NCBI GenBank assembly: GCA_051362555.1
Contig: CM120640.1
Location: 54,228,788-54,292,787 of the forward strand
Direction: 5' to 3'
DNA: 64,000 nt
Source of the DNA: Lingula anatina
Taxonomy: Eukaryota; Animalia; Brachiopoda
The translations under genes were made by a program, and so were the position numbers. The notes below the pieces were generated by a model. That model ran no database searches, had not been told where the DNA came from, and saw only the letters and a list, made by a program, of their open reading frames with translations. Below, in pieces: positions 22,801 through 36,403 of the stretch (the stretch's first letter is position 1; the number at the start of each line of letters is the position of its first letter).

Positions 22801-25800
22801 ATACATTTGGGTAAGGTTGAACAGGAATACAATGAATTAAGTTTAACAGGATTACTATGAAGGCTGTTTTAATTAATATAGCTATATGAATAGATTAATG
22901 ATTAATCAATGATAAAAAATGGACTCACTGGAACCCTGCTGTCCAAAAAATGAGGTGCTGCCTTTAACAAGTCATTGTCATAAAGTTTGGATGACACAAC
23001 AAAACACTCTGGCATGCTAGAAAATAAAAAGTTATGATCCTGATATTTTTTGCAGTAGACTTTTTACATATTGTCCAGTATGCTTACTTTTGAATCAGAT
23101 AAGTTCCAGTCATTCCAGACTAAAAAAAAGTCTATATATTCAGTAACAAAGTTATTGTAACTATTGTAAAAATACAGACCAATTCCTGTACCCAATGAGA
23201 TAGTTACAAGTACCAGGTACACTAACAGAGAATTTTTTCTATCATTTTAATTATTAGGCAACCTTCCCCTACATCCTTTTAACTAGTGCCATGCGTATTA
23301 ATATTCCTTTACCTGTCTGTCATATTAAAGTGTTCATTAACCTGGGTGACCCTCCAGGCATCGGCACAGTGAAGGCGGTCCAGCTCCTTGCTCCAGTCAC
23401 TCTTTATTGTAAACATGGTGGTGTGATGGGCTGCAAATACAACAAGATAGCACTGCATTATATTACCTTAAATTGCTTGTTCTTTACTACAGTTGATAAA
23501 GTTTAATTGACAGATAAGATTTTATAACATTTTGATGGTGGTTTCATTATTTACTTCTTATAAAGACTCCATAAGTCTGTATAATTTTCTCCAGCTTCTC
23601 TAACATGTATTTATCCATTAGCTATATTACACCTAGACAATGTTCTGAAAATAGTTTTGTTGGTATCTTTGAAAATAGCAGTATGTCAAAATTACATGCT
23701 TTTGCTAAAGATAATGAAAACCATTTTAACTCCCGATCTTTAACTTTTATAACCGATTTGTCTAAAGATTTACTTGGGTAAACAAATCATAGGGGATGGT
23801 GAACCTTGCTTTACAACCTTAAATATTGCAAATTTCTGACCCATGACTATTTCAACAAATCAGTATCTTAAGCATCATTCTCTTCTCCCATATGTGTGCT
23901 CCATTTGCTTTTGCACTTAAATGGAAGTAATGACAGCCAACACACCTGTGTTTTGCACATTTACCATTGCTGAGAGCTCACTAGTTATCACGAAGAAGAA
24001 TCACGAAAACCTTATTAATCACTCATGCGGTGCCATCGTCTGCCTATTCTCATCTATTTAATTTCTTCCTTCGGAAATTCATAGTGGTAAATCCTGACAG
24101 GCCTCTGCTAGCACCTGTAATTGTGCCACTTACAGCTGACTGATGAAATCAATCTGTCACACCTTATTTTTACATGATATGTAATTTGCAATTAGCAGCC
24201 CATTATACAATAATACTGTGATGGTTTTTTGCTTTGTCATAAACAATAAAAGACAATGCACATTGGGAAATATCCAAATTCACAATCAGTTTTGTAATCT
24301 TCTGATAATGAATTAATATTTAAAAGGTCATATTCTGATGCCACTGGGGAGATGCGTGAAAATTTTGGATTCTATTTTTGACTGTATTTTAAATTGACTG
24401 CAGTTACTGAAACTGGCATTGAAATAAATAGAATCAATATTTTCTTCAGTCATTAGAATCAGTATAATAAAAATGGTTTTGAAATCAAATGTAGTTTAAA
24501 AACTTTCTTTTTTGAATTCAACTTTTCCAAGTGATCATGCCTTCACCAATTAACATATATAACGAATAAGGAGATTAAGTTTTTGCCTTTGATGGTTTGT
24601 CATATTTTAAACAGCATAAAGTTATGGAGAGATTTTGATTACATTTTCAGGATAGGCCAGAAAAGGGCTAAGTTAGGATTAATTACATTTTGGAGGCGAT
24701 CCATTTATTAATTAAAATAATAAGAATCGAGCCGCTTTGCAGAAGTCTGTGAGATAAACTTTTGGAGAGATTATTAATAGTATTTTATAATCATTCCTGC
24801 TTAATGACAAACCAACCTGGACTACATATATCCTTTGGAAACATTTACATGTTGCTTAGTCAATATTGTAATAGAATCTTTTAGATCTTGCTTAATGTGT
24901 CCACAAAACAAAGATTCTAGATCAATGGCATTATTCACAATTAGCACACCAAATTTACTGCATACTGTCAAGCTCTGGTTAAAAGTTGCTGAATTCAGTT
25001 TCATTTTGACCCAACACATACTGGATACATTTGTAAATTAAACCAATGGCATAGCATTTCATGAGTAATTGGCTTTTAACTGGTTCTAAACCAAACTAGA
25101 ACCAAAATAAATCACTTTCATGCAAGTACATACAACCTTTTGTCAAAGATAAGAACTCATCAAGAATTGTATGCAGGTTATTGGTCCAATATAGTTCTGA
25201 TTAATTACAAGCCTGCTCACAAAAGGTTCTGTAATTATGATGCTTACCAACCTCCTTAAAATAATACCTTAAGCTCCATAAATTCCATAACCTTTACCAT
25301 GGAATTATTGACTCACTCATTTAATTAAGACACAAGATTATCCATCACTGATTTACAGAACTGCATGGATTTACTTTGAAGTTCTAACAGTTGAATGACT
25401 GATTTAAAAACCTGAAGCATAAATACTTCAACAAAATACATTTCAGAAATTTTTCTTAGTTTTAGCCATTTGTCACAGAAAGAAACGTTCTAATTAGAAT
25501 AAGGGACCTGTATTCACATACATGTATTCTTATAAAACAACACTGTAAAAAAATGTTAAGTCTATTCATGTGACAACATTCTTAATCTCTGTGAGAAAAA
25601 TCCAAATCAATAAAATTAATCATTCTGTAATTGTCTCATCTCCAATTATCCAAAGTGATAAACACTTCTCCACCTTCCCCAACCAATCACATGGCAGCAA
25701 CTATAAATACCAAACCGCCTGCCATAAAATTGCCCAGGATGGGATCAAACCACTAATTTAACTTATGGAGCTGCACGTCAGACACTGATGCAGTTCTTGA

Positions 25801-28800
25801 GACAATATAGCCAGAATATTGCAGGTAAGGAAGGCTTTCTTTATCATTTTTAGTGTTTTGTGCACATCCAGTATACTTTTTTCTTAACAACAAACTGGGT
25901 CAATGACTATAAATATGTTAATTTAGATGTGATACCTAAGAAAGGCATTAAAGCAAATTATTCCGTCATTCATATGGAATGGTTTTCACTCTTGTATTAT
26001 TTATATCAAATTGTCAAATAAGTTATGCTTCAGATTCACTGCCATCAAAATTTCAAGTTTTAAGGTCTTGTTGGGTTTCATAGATATAATCTTTTTCTTT
26101 TGCTTCACAAGGACTTGTCCTAAATTTAGATTAAATGAATGCAATTTAATTGTTCCTTTTATCCATTTATTAAGTATTTTTCAAGGCAATTTTGAAAGCA
26201 CTTTTGAAGGTGATATTCCCCATATTATATTTGAGAATCAATCAAAGGTCCTTAAAGGCAGCTTTCACTTTTGACAAGATGAAACTTGAAACTTTCTTCT
26301 GTGAAATCTTTCAAATCACGCAACTTTCCCATATAACATTACATTTATGTACAGATGCACAATACAACTGCAGTGCCTAAAAAATTATACAGAGAAATGA
26401 AAATAACATATTACTGGTAATAAAGGCCTGCAAATGAAAAGGGGCTGATTTAATGAAGTACAGTGCATACTTTATCTCTGATGGTGTGAACTTTCATTTA
26501 TGATACACCCATCAATAAAATAATTGCCAAGTAACAAAGTGTATATATATGTTTCTGGTGTCTGTGAAATGTGTCTACTTTTATAAACATGTTTGGCACT
26601 GACTCACTTTGCTTGCCTGGTTGCCTGTTTGGATCTTGATATTCAAAGGCAAACATCAGCTCAAGTCTTGTGGGGAATGCATGGTGAAGAATGGCAGTTA
26701 CAGTCTGAAAAGATATATTTGTAGAAGAAATATCCATTGCATTTCTCATGAAATTTGATAAAAATGGTCTACATACATTCTTAAATTTACTTAAGCATAT
26801 ATTTTGTAACAAAATACTGATTTGGGGTTTTCAAATGTTATTTGTGGTCAGTTATCTACAATCTTAAATGTATAAAAGATTGGCAAAACTCCAAAGACAT
26901 TTTGGCAATCTTGTCACAACATTTGGAAGTGTTAAAAACTAAATATCAAATTACTGTTTAAAGTTTCACCTGTATTATATTCAAAATCAAGTAAATAGGT
27001 TATTCTGTCAATATAATGATGTGAAATATATGGTTAAAGACCTAAAATTTATGGCACTTCAACATTTCATCTGCATAAACATATCTGGCTGATTTCCACA
27101 GGGAAATATATAGGAGTGGATACATTTGATATCTTTTACAGGTCCATGTGCAAGGAGGTCAGGGGTGGGGGAGCAGTGGGTTCCAAAGGACCACCCATTG
27201 ATTGGTAAAGTCCACTTTGAACAATAATAAGACTGAAGTTCTATGTCCATCTTAGGTTGGGTCAACTAAGGGGGTAAAAAGGTCCTCCTTTTCAGAAAAA
27301 GAACCTTCTTTGAAATTGTTGGCTATATTCCACATTGCCTATAGACAAAAGAACCTATATATACTTGATTTAATATTAAAAGTTCCTTGAAATTCAATTA
27401 CTAGTGTTAGTCAACATTTTATGTTCATATCCAAGATGTTAAAATTTCAAGTAAGAAACAAAAATTGGGAATGAGACAAGTATCTCACATAAAATCAATG
27501 GCATAACCTACATAATCTTAACAAAATTATCCCAGCAAACAGAATTTAAATTTCACCTTTTTTCATTTTTTTAAATTCTGTAATTGGTGCATGAATTTGC
27601 AAGTTTTACTTGATATTCTATTAATATATTAAATGCTGGCAGATATGGGCAATTATTGCATGTCTCTAATAGGTTCACAGACCCAGTGAAAGATTTTTTG
27701 TTGTTTATACCAATTTGTCTTTCTCAACTGTATGCCTTGGAGGAGACTGCCAGTACACAATTTTTCCAATACCCAAAGAAAATCAATAAGATATCTTATA
27801 GTTAAAATGTGCATCCAAGCCACTTATAAAAAGCCTAATGGTTACTGCATTGTGTTTTGTGTCCATTTCAGAGAGGAAATTCTACATCTCTTAATGATTC
27901 TTGGTAAATAAATCACATTGAGCATTGAATGGGAGTTTCTAAGAAGATGACATTTTTACTGGAAACACAACCTAAAAGCTTTATGTTAAACTCCTGCTGA
28001 TCTTTACACTACCTCATGCTGAAGTCAATTGCCTGTTTTACTATAAAAAGGCACTGTGGTCCCACAAGACCTGCTTGCTTCCTTTTTCTTTGAGTGGCAG
28101 TGCAATTTTCCAGTACAAATAGAATCTGTTTTTTTTTTAATCAAATCATATTCCATATTGTGTATAAAGTAAATGCTTTCCATTTAAGGACTCCCTAGGA
28201 GTATGCTCAATCCATGCGTATGACAAATAAGCTATGATACTGTAAAAACACAAAAGGGAGATTAATGCTGTGTCTGCATTACCATCACAAACATCACATT
28301 ATGCTCAATTTATAGGTTGGCCAAGTACATCATGGCTTTATTTTTCCAAGTCATCGAAACACACACACACACACACGCGCGCGGGCGCGCGCCAAACGTT
28401 ATTCTCTTGAACCAGTCACCAAACTATATAGTGACTAATATTCTTATTTTGTTAAATAAGGCATTTTCAAAACATAAAAAAAGCATTACAGAGTATAGCA
28501 GATGATAAGGACATAACAATTAACATCCTTCAATAGCACACAAGGAAGTAATACAAATTTCCTATTTGAAAATAATGGCATGCCAAAGCATTAAATATTG
28601 ATTCATCTTAATGCAACAATACAATAAAACTTATTTCATCAACATCTCACATTCAGAGGTTATTTTGAATTAATTTATATAAAAGCTTAGGGGTCAAATT
28701 CTTGCTGCAAAGCAATCCAATTAAACTGGATTATGATTAGGTTTTGGATTATTTTCCTGGATGGCCCATGTTCACTTAACATTTTCCATTTAGTATTACC

Positions 28801-31800
28801 TAATCCTTTCCTGCATTTATTTTGAACTGAAATCATTGTCATCTCTTTCCACTGTGAGACTGTATGGGATCTAAATTTTTCATGTTTTGTGTAACTTATA
28901 GAGATAGAGGTACAGATGCAAATTATTGGCAATGTGAGAATAATTCTGATGGCAATTTGTATTTTTAAATTACTATAATTATATTTAGATTTGCCTCCTA
29001 AGGGAAAATCATCTTTGGAATAGGAAAACATTTGCAAAACATTTTTTCATCATTAGACAAAGCTGGCCATAACATGCAAATAACTGATTCTATTTCAAAA
29101 AAAAAAAAAAAAAAAAAAAAAATCATGAATTGATTAATGAGAAATTATCAATTCATGGAAAGAGCTTGGGCAGTAAAATGTGCAAGATGATCCAAACACG
29201 CTAAAATGATCTTGATCAATTTCAGATTTTTGTAAAAAATCACATTTAATGCTTTATTAGCTAAGATCGCATTCACAACGAGTTGAGCCATGGCTTTACA
29301 AATCCTGGAACTAAATATGGCGGACGTACATGAAAGAAAACCCGCCTAATCTTTTAATAGTCTCTCTGCCTCTCACACGCCTCCCCATGCATCGTCCCTG
29401 CGGGGGTACAGTCATTAAATCTCGACTCCATTGGGACGACACATGGGGAGGCGTGTGAGAGGCGGAGAGACTATTAAAAGATTAGGCATTTTTTCTTTCA
29501 TGTACATCCGCCATATTTAGTTCCAGGATTTGTAAAGCCATGGCTCAACTCATTGTGAATGTGATCTAAGACTATAATGCAATGCAATGCAGAGCATCTC
29601 TTCATTACTCATCTTTCTACTTTTAGGAAATGTAAGGCTGCATAAAAGACTACACAAACAGATTAACAGTCACATTTGTCACTTGCAGAGAAACTAGGTG
29701 TTCAGAAACCAGGCCTCCAGGGACTGAAGCGAAATAAAAAGGGTTGTGATGAGCTACATGTGTATGCTACATGTCAACAAAAGCAATTGCATGACAGCTA
29801 ATGAATTTATGAAGAATGTCTGATCAGGCAACAAGCAATATGAGCAGCAATGTCAACCGTTGACCATCACTACATTGTATTCTCATCATCAGAATGATGT
29901 CTTATCTAGAAAAGAATCTATCATATAATACAACAAACAACTTGAGCAGCTGTGATCTGCCAACAGAACTTGTAGGAGTCTCTGCCACAATGTTAATCCT
30001 AGCCACTGTTTTGGGGACATTATCAAATATATTCATTATTGGAGTCTTCATATGGGAGCGTAGTCTGCGTACTCCAGTTCATTCGCTAATGTTCACACTT
30101 GCTATTGTGGATTTTATTCATTGTGCTGTGCACACAACATCTTTACTGTTACGCATTCTTGGCTCCAGGTGGATAACGCCTGACATGCATACCTCAATAT
30201 GCAAAGTAGCATTTACCTGTTCGACCTTTACCAACATGGAGAATGTTTTACTGATAGGGGCACTCTCCATAGCAAGATATACACAAGTGTCCAAGCACCA
30301 CCAGATACATTTCAAGTCTGTTTTGTTGTACATAGCATTTACTGTGATTCTGGAAATCTGTTTTGTCACATACACAGTATTCTATCCAGTGCTTATGACG
30401 GGAGTGTGTACGTGTTCAGAGCAGGACAGAGATTATAGTCTTCACAACAACTGGGTGCCCATCATATTTCTTTGCATGTTCACAGTCTGTGGCATCATCA
30501 TGTTGGTTTACTACCTAAAGCTCTTGCAATTAATCAAACTGCATCGCTCTGCTATTGCCTCTTTAATCATTCACACTAACAAACTGGACAGATCAGTGTT
30601 TCGATCAATGCGTCTATTAACAATTAATTTCATAATCACTTATCTACCACTGGCCATTCTGATTCCAATCTTAATATCAGGCCCTCTCTCACAGACAGTC
30701 TATGAGAACTGGGTTTTGTATGGTGGCTTTGCACTAAACTCGCTAGGCCATGCAGTTGATCCACTCATTTACGGCCTTTATTCCAGCCATTTCCGAAAAG
30801 CTTTCAAGAAATGTTGCCTGCCTCTATGGAGGAAGTGCACCATACTTGGAAAACATAACCAAGTTTCTACTATCAATATGGCAAGTTCAGTAGCAGATAT
30901 TTCATTTCCTTTAGGCAATCAGGTTCAGAGCTAATCAAACTACACTTATACATTATTTTTGTTCTAATTACTCTTTGAGCTTAATTTATATGAGGAGATT
31001 TTACATTGAATCTCTTAATTCAGTTTACAAAAGAGGAATTATCTTAATTCCTGTTGACTGATAATAGTGATAATAATGATAATAGATAATAATATTGTAA
31101 AATGTCAGGCAGAGAATAATTAGATTATAACAACCATAAAATGTTGCATGTAGAGAGAATAATAATAATATCTGACATGAGCGAGAAGCATATGTCACTT
31201 GTACATGTACAATCTCCATACAGGTGATGCAGAAAAATGGTATTTTTCATACTGTGCAGTGAACTGAAATGATATTAGGTCACAAGATCAACAAATCTCG
31301 TTTATATGCAAGTTGCCTCGATGAAATATGATGTTCATCTTTCTAATTATAACAATGTTTTCAAGAAATTGATGTGTCCTTTATGCTGAATGACAGTGAA
31401 TAACTATTCTGAGTAGATATAGATCCATGTAGAAGGATATCATTATTTCTGCAATGCTAGGAACTATATCTGTCAAATTCAGTGCACATGATGAATAGGA
31501 CTATCAGAGTACTAAGATAATGTTTTTTCATGTTACTGTCAATGTGCTTCATAAAAAAATGTGTTAATCCTGTTGCTACGGTTACAATAGCATTTCCCAT
31601 TAGTAATGACAAATGGGACATAAATCTCATAATAACATGACTGAAAAGTGACATTCTGTGATGATAAATTCACAGGATTTGAATATTAAAATAGAATACC
31701 TTTTAAATTACCACAAATATACAACTGCAGCTCTGTGAATTTTTATTTGTAAAATGTAGTTATATAACCAAGCACCTGTGCCTGGGTAGTGTGGAGACTC

Positions 31801-34800
31801 CTTGTCTTCACAGAATTTCATATAGGTAGGAAAAAAAAAACGCAAATTGATCACAAGTAATTTCCTGTACAAAATGCCAACATGACCACTTCATTTGAGA
31901 GAAGAAGCTGGCTGGCTGAAACTTGACACCGTTCAGAACCTTTCTTTAGACTGGTCATTTTCACAAAGAATTCATGACAGAAGCATCAAGACAATATGAC
32001 TCAGCTTCAGCAAAGTGAAATAAAGGAGATTGTCTGTCTTTTCAAGTTAATAACACTTATAGCAATTTCACCTGTGGAATGCCCCCCTTATCTTATTTTC
32101 AGTTGCTTTAATTGGTGATTAGAAAGAAGAACAAAGGAAATTACAATAGAAAATCGAATAAGACCTGCAGAAAAAACCAGACACATTTTGTCACATAAAA
32201 ACTTACTCTGCCACATCAGTCAAACTGATAGACATGTAATGCATGTAAACATGTATTCTAAACAATATGGTTAAAAAAAAACTTATCTTCAGCTTGCTAT
32301 AAGTAAACAGCCACAAAAAGTGTTTAAAACAAATCAGTTTCATTTCAATTTTCAGTTTTAAGTGATCTCAGTTAATGACCCCCCTTCTTGCAAACTAGAG
32401 GATCAGAGAGGCGATACCGCCTCCGAATATTGTACCACCAGCTGGAGCAAGCGCATTCGTATAGACCCCCACATACACAAAATAAGGGACACAGCCACCA
32501 GTTTTGTGCTTGACAAGCTGTAAAAATGCAATCAACAAGAATTTTTAAACTATTGCAAAATATATATATATGGTACAATCAAATTTAAGTTCTTCGTAAG
32601 GTAGGTCAAGGGTCAATTTCAAGGTCACAGTAAATTGCCAGTATATGACTTCCTATTCAAGTTCAAGAGTAACTATGGACCTATCTCTGTCAAGTTTGAA
32701 GTTAAAAGAGAAAGAAATTAGCAGAGTTCAGTTCATGATAAAAAGTAGGTCAAAGGTCAATTTCAAGGTCACACTTAGATTGCCAGTATAGGACTTCCTA
32801 TTCAAGTTCAATAGTAACTATGGACATATCTCTGTCAGTTTTGAAGATAAAAGGAAAGCAAATTTTGCAAAATTCAGTTCATGGTGAAAAGTAGGTCAAA
32901 GGTCAATTTCAAGGTCACATTTAGATTGCCAGTATATGACTTTCTATTCAAGTTCAATAGTAACTATGGACCTATCTCTGCCAGTTTTGGAGATAAAAGG
33001 AAAACAAAATTTGCAAAGTTCAGTTCATGGTGAAAAGTAGGTCAAAGGTCAATTTTAAGGTCACATTTAGATTGCCAGTATATGACTTCCTATTCAAGTT
33101 CAATAGTAACTATGGACCTATCTCTGCCAGTTTTGGAGATAAAAGGGAAGCAAAATTTGCAAAGTTCAGTTTATGGTGAAAAGTAGGTCAAAGGTCAATT
33201 TTAATGTCACATTTATATTGCCAGTATATGACTTCCTATTCAAGTTCAACAGTAACTATGGACCTATCTCTGCCAGTTTTGGAGATAAAAGGAAAGCAAA
33301 ATTTGCAAAGTTCAATTCATGGTGAAAAGTAGGTCAAAGATTAATTTTAAGATCACATTATAATTGCCAGTATATGACTTCCTATTCAAGTTCAATAGTA
33401 ACTATGGACCTATCTCTGCCAGTTTTGGAGATAAAAGGAAAGCAAAATTTGCAAAGTTCAGTTCATGGTGAAAATTAGGTCAAAGGTCAATTTTAAGGTC
33501 ACATTTAGATTGCCAGTATATGACTTCCTATTCAAGTTCAATAGTAGCTATGGACCTATCTCTGCCTGTTTTGGAGATAAAAGGGAAGCAAAATTTGCAA
33601 AGTTCAGTTTATGGTGAAAAGTAGGTCAAAGGTCAATTTCAAGGTCACATTTAGATAGCCAGTATATGACTTTCTATTCAAGTTCAATAGTAACTACAGA
33701 CCTATCTCTGCCAGTTTTGGAGATAAAAGGAAAGTAAAATTTGCAAAATTCAATTCATGGTGTAAAGTAGGTCAAAGGTCAATTTTAAGGTCTCATTTAG
33801 ATTGCCAGTATATGACTTCCTATTCAACTTTAATAGTAACTATGGACCTATCTCTGCCAGTTTTGGAGATAAAAGGGAAGAAAAATTTGCAAAGTTCAGT
33901 TCATGGTGAAAAGTAGGTCAAAGGTCAATTTTAAGGTCACATATAGATTGCCAGTATATGACTTCCTATTCAAGTTCAATAGTAACTACGGACCTATCTC
34001 TGCCAGTTTTGGAGATAAAAGGGAAGCAAAATTTGCAAAGTTCAGTTCATGGTTATAAGTAGGTCAAAGGTCAATTTTAAGGTCACATTTAGATTGCCAG
34101 TATATGACTTCCTATTCAAGTTTAATAGTAACTATGGACCTATCTCTGCCAGTTTTGGAGATAAAAGGAAAGCAAAATTTGCAAAATTCAGTTCATGGTG
34201 AAAAGTAGGTCAAAGGTCAATTTTAAGGTCATATTTAGATTACCAGGATATGACTTTTTATTCAAGTTCAATAGTAACTATGGGCCTATCTCTGCCAGTT
34301 TTGGAGATAAAAGGGAAGAAAAATTTGCAAAGTTCAGTTCATGGTGAAAAGTAGGTCAAAGGTCAATTTTAAGGTCACATATAGATTGCCAGTATATGAC
34401 TTCCTATTCAAGTTCAATAGTAACTACGGACCTATCTCTGCCAGTTTTGGAGATAAAAGGAAAGCAAAATTTGCAAAGTTCAATTCATGGTGAAAAGTAG
34501 GTCAAAGATTAATTTTAAGATCACATTATAATTGCCAGTATATGACATCCTATTCAAGTTCAATAGTAACTATGGACCTATCTCTGCCAGTTTTGGAGAT
34601 AAAAGGGAGGCAAAATTTGCAAAGTTCAGATCATGGTGAAAAGTAGGTCAAAGGTCAATTTCAAGGTCACAGTAAGATTGCCAGTATATGACTTCCTATT
34701 CAACTTCAATAGTAACTATGGACCTATTTCTGCCAGTTTTGGAGATATAAGGGACTTAATGTTATAATTTTGGAGTTACCATAATGTGCCTTAAATTTCG

Positions 34801-36363
34801 TACAGAAAAAATTAATTAAAATAAAGAAAATGTCATTTTGATCAAAATTCTTGAAATAGGAGGTGCTCTGAAGTTTCAGAAGTTCAAATTTGATGAAATA
34901 ATGTCATTTTTGAACACAAGTTGTCTGCTTTGCCAAGCCTTATGTTTTATTTTTCCAGAGTTCAAAATTTATTATCCATTACCATACTGTACATTTTGCT
35001 TTAACCACCAATATGTACTTTTTGATACAGCGTAACTCGAAAACCGTATGGAATACAAAAAAACCGAGACCACCTCCAGTGTTGGGCTTAACATGCTCTA
35101 CAAAATGCAAAAAAGAATGGGTCTCTAGCATTAACGGTTCCCGAATTAGAGACAGTTTTCAGTTTCGGTATCTTATGGCCGCTACTCCCGTGAAAATGCA
35201 CCGATTGACCCCAAATTCATGGAGATGAAAGTTGACCTGAAGGGTAACACTTTCCAATAATATTATTGGTTAAGTCTGTGTGGTCTCTGAATAACAGGGC
35301 AAAAAAAATTTTTTTCGTAAAAAATTTCATTTTTTTGAGAATTTTGGCCCATTTGACCTTGAAGTAAAGGTCAAAGGTCAAATCCAAGGGTATATTTGAA
35401 ATCTACACATATGACTTTTGGAAAGCCGTCTATAGAAATTTTTCCCATAACTCCTTCCGTAGGGTAGATAATAAGCATTTAATTTTGCCATTTTTAGACA
35501 AGGGTGCATTGCAATGAGTGCCACACCCAGACCCCAATACCGACAAAGCCCAAATTTTACGTGGAACGAGTTGAGATTATAGGTGACCTAAATCCATGAG
35601 ATGGGTATGGGGGCCCTTACCGTCTAGGAGGAGAAGCGGTAACGGTAGCCGTCCGGCGGAGCCGGTGGAGCCAATGGAGCCGGCGGAGCCGGCGGAACGA
35701 TCCGGACGGGACCGAAACCATGTGTACCGCCAGCGCTAACGCTGGTGGTACAATAACAAATCTGTCAGCAGTTGTTGTATGTGCAAGCGTGCATACGTGT
35801 GTCTGAGTGTTAGAATTAAATGCAGCAACCAAAGTGTCTGATTTGATTCATTCAGTTGTATTTTTAAACTATTTAAAGAATGGAAATTAAACCACATACT
35901 GGACAATAAAATAAAGATACAGGTATTGTGTTTTCTATCCCACAGACTTCCTCAGGAAAATGAACTAATTGCCACTGCTGTCATATAAAGAACCACAAAA
36001 AATGTTAACATATCCTGCATAATTGGAAGGACAGTCTACCACGTCTGTCCAGGGACTGGTTTGAGCTTGTCCATCCTTTTAAATTAAGACATTTTTGTTG
36101 ACCCTTCATGTCAAAGAAGTGGCCAAATAAGACAGAGCCAAATAAAATATGGGACTTAATGCTATTTGGATCCTAGTGTCTAGTATGAGATTTAATATAC
36201 TTTACATTTTAAACATTTCATAGTGTTATAAATAATTAATACTGCTGCCAGACATTTTTCACCATTTACTCAAAAGGTAACACTAAAATGCGTTAGTTGT
36301 GCATAAGCCTTGCATTGTGTCTGATATGTTGAAACTTTCACAAAAACAATGATAGTCAACACT

Positions 36364-36403
<40 letters not shown>

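Noticed and set aside
29894-30934. Opsin
   Set aside because: The position six residues before the TM7 D/NPxxY (retinal-binding Lys296 equivalent) is Ser, and TM7 has no Lys.
32595-34750. CRISPR-like array
   Set aside because: The units are contiguous near-identical 146-mers with no unique spacers, there are no cas genes, and the context is eukaryotic.
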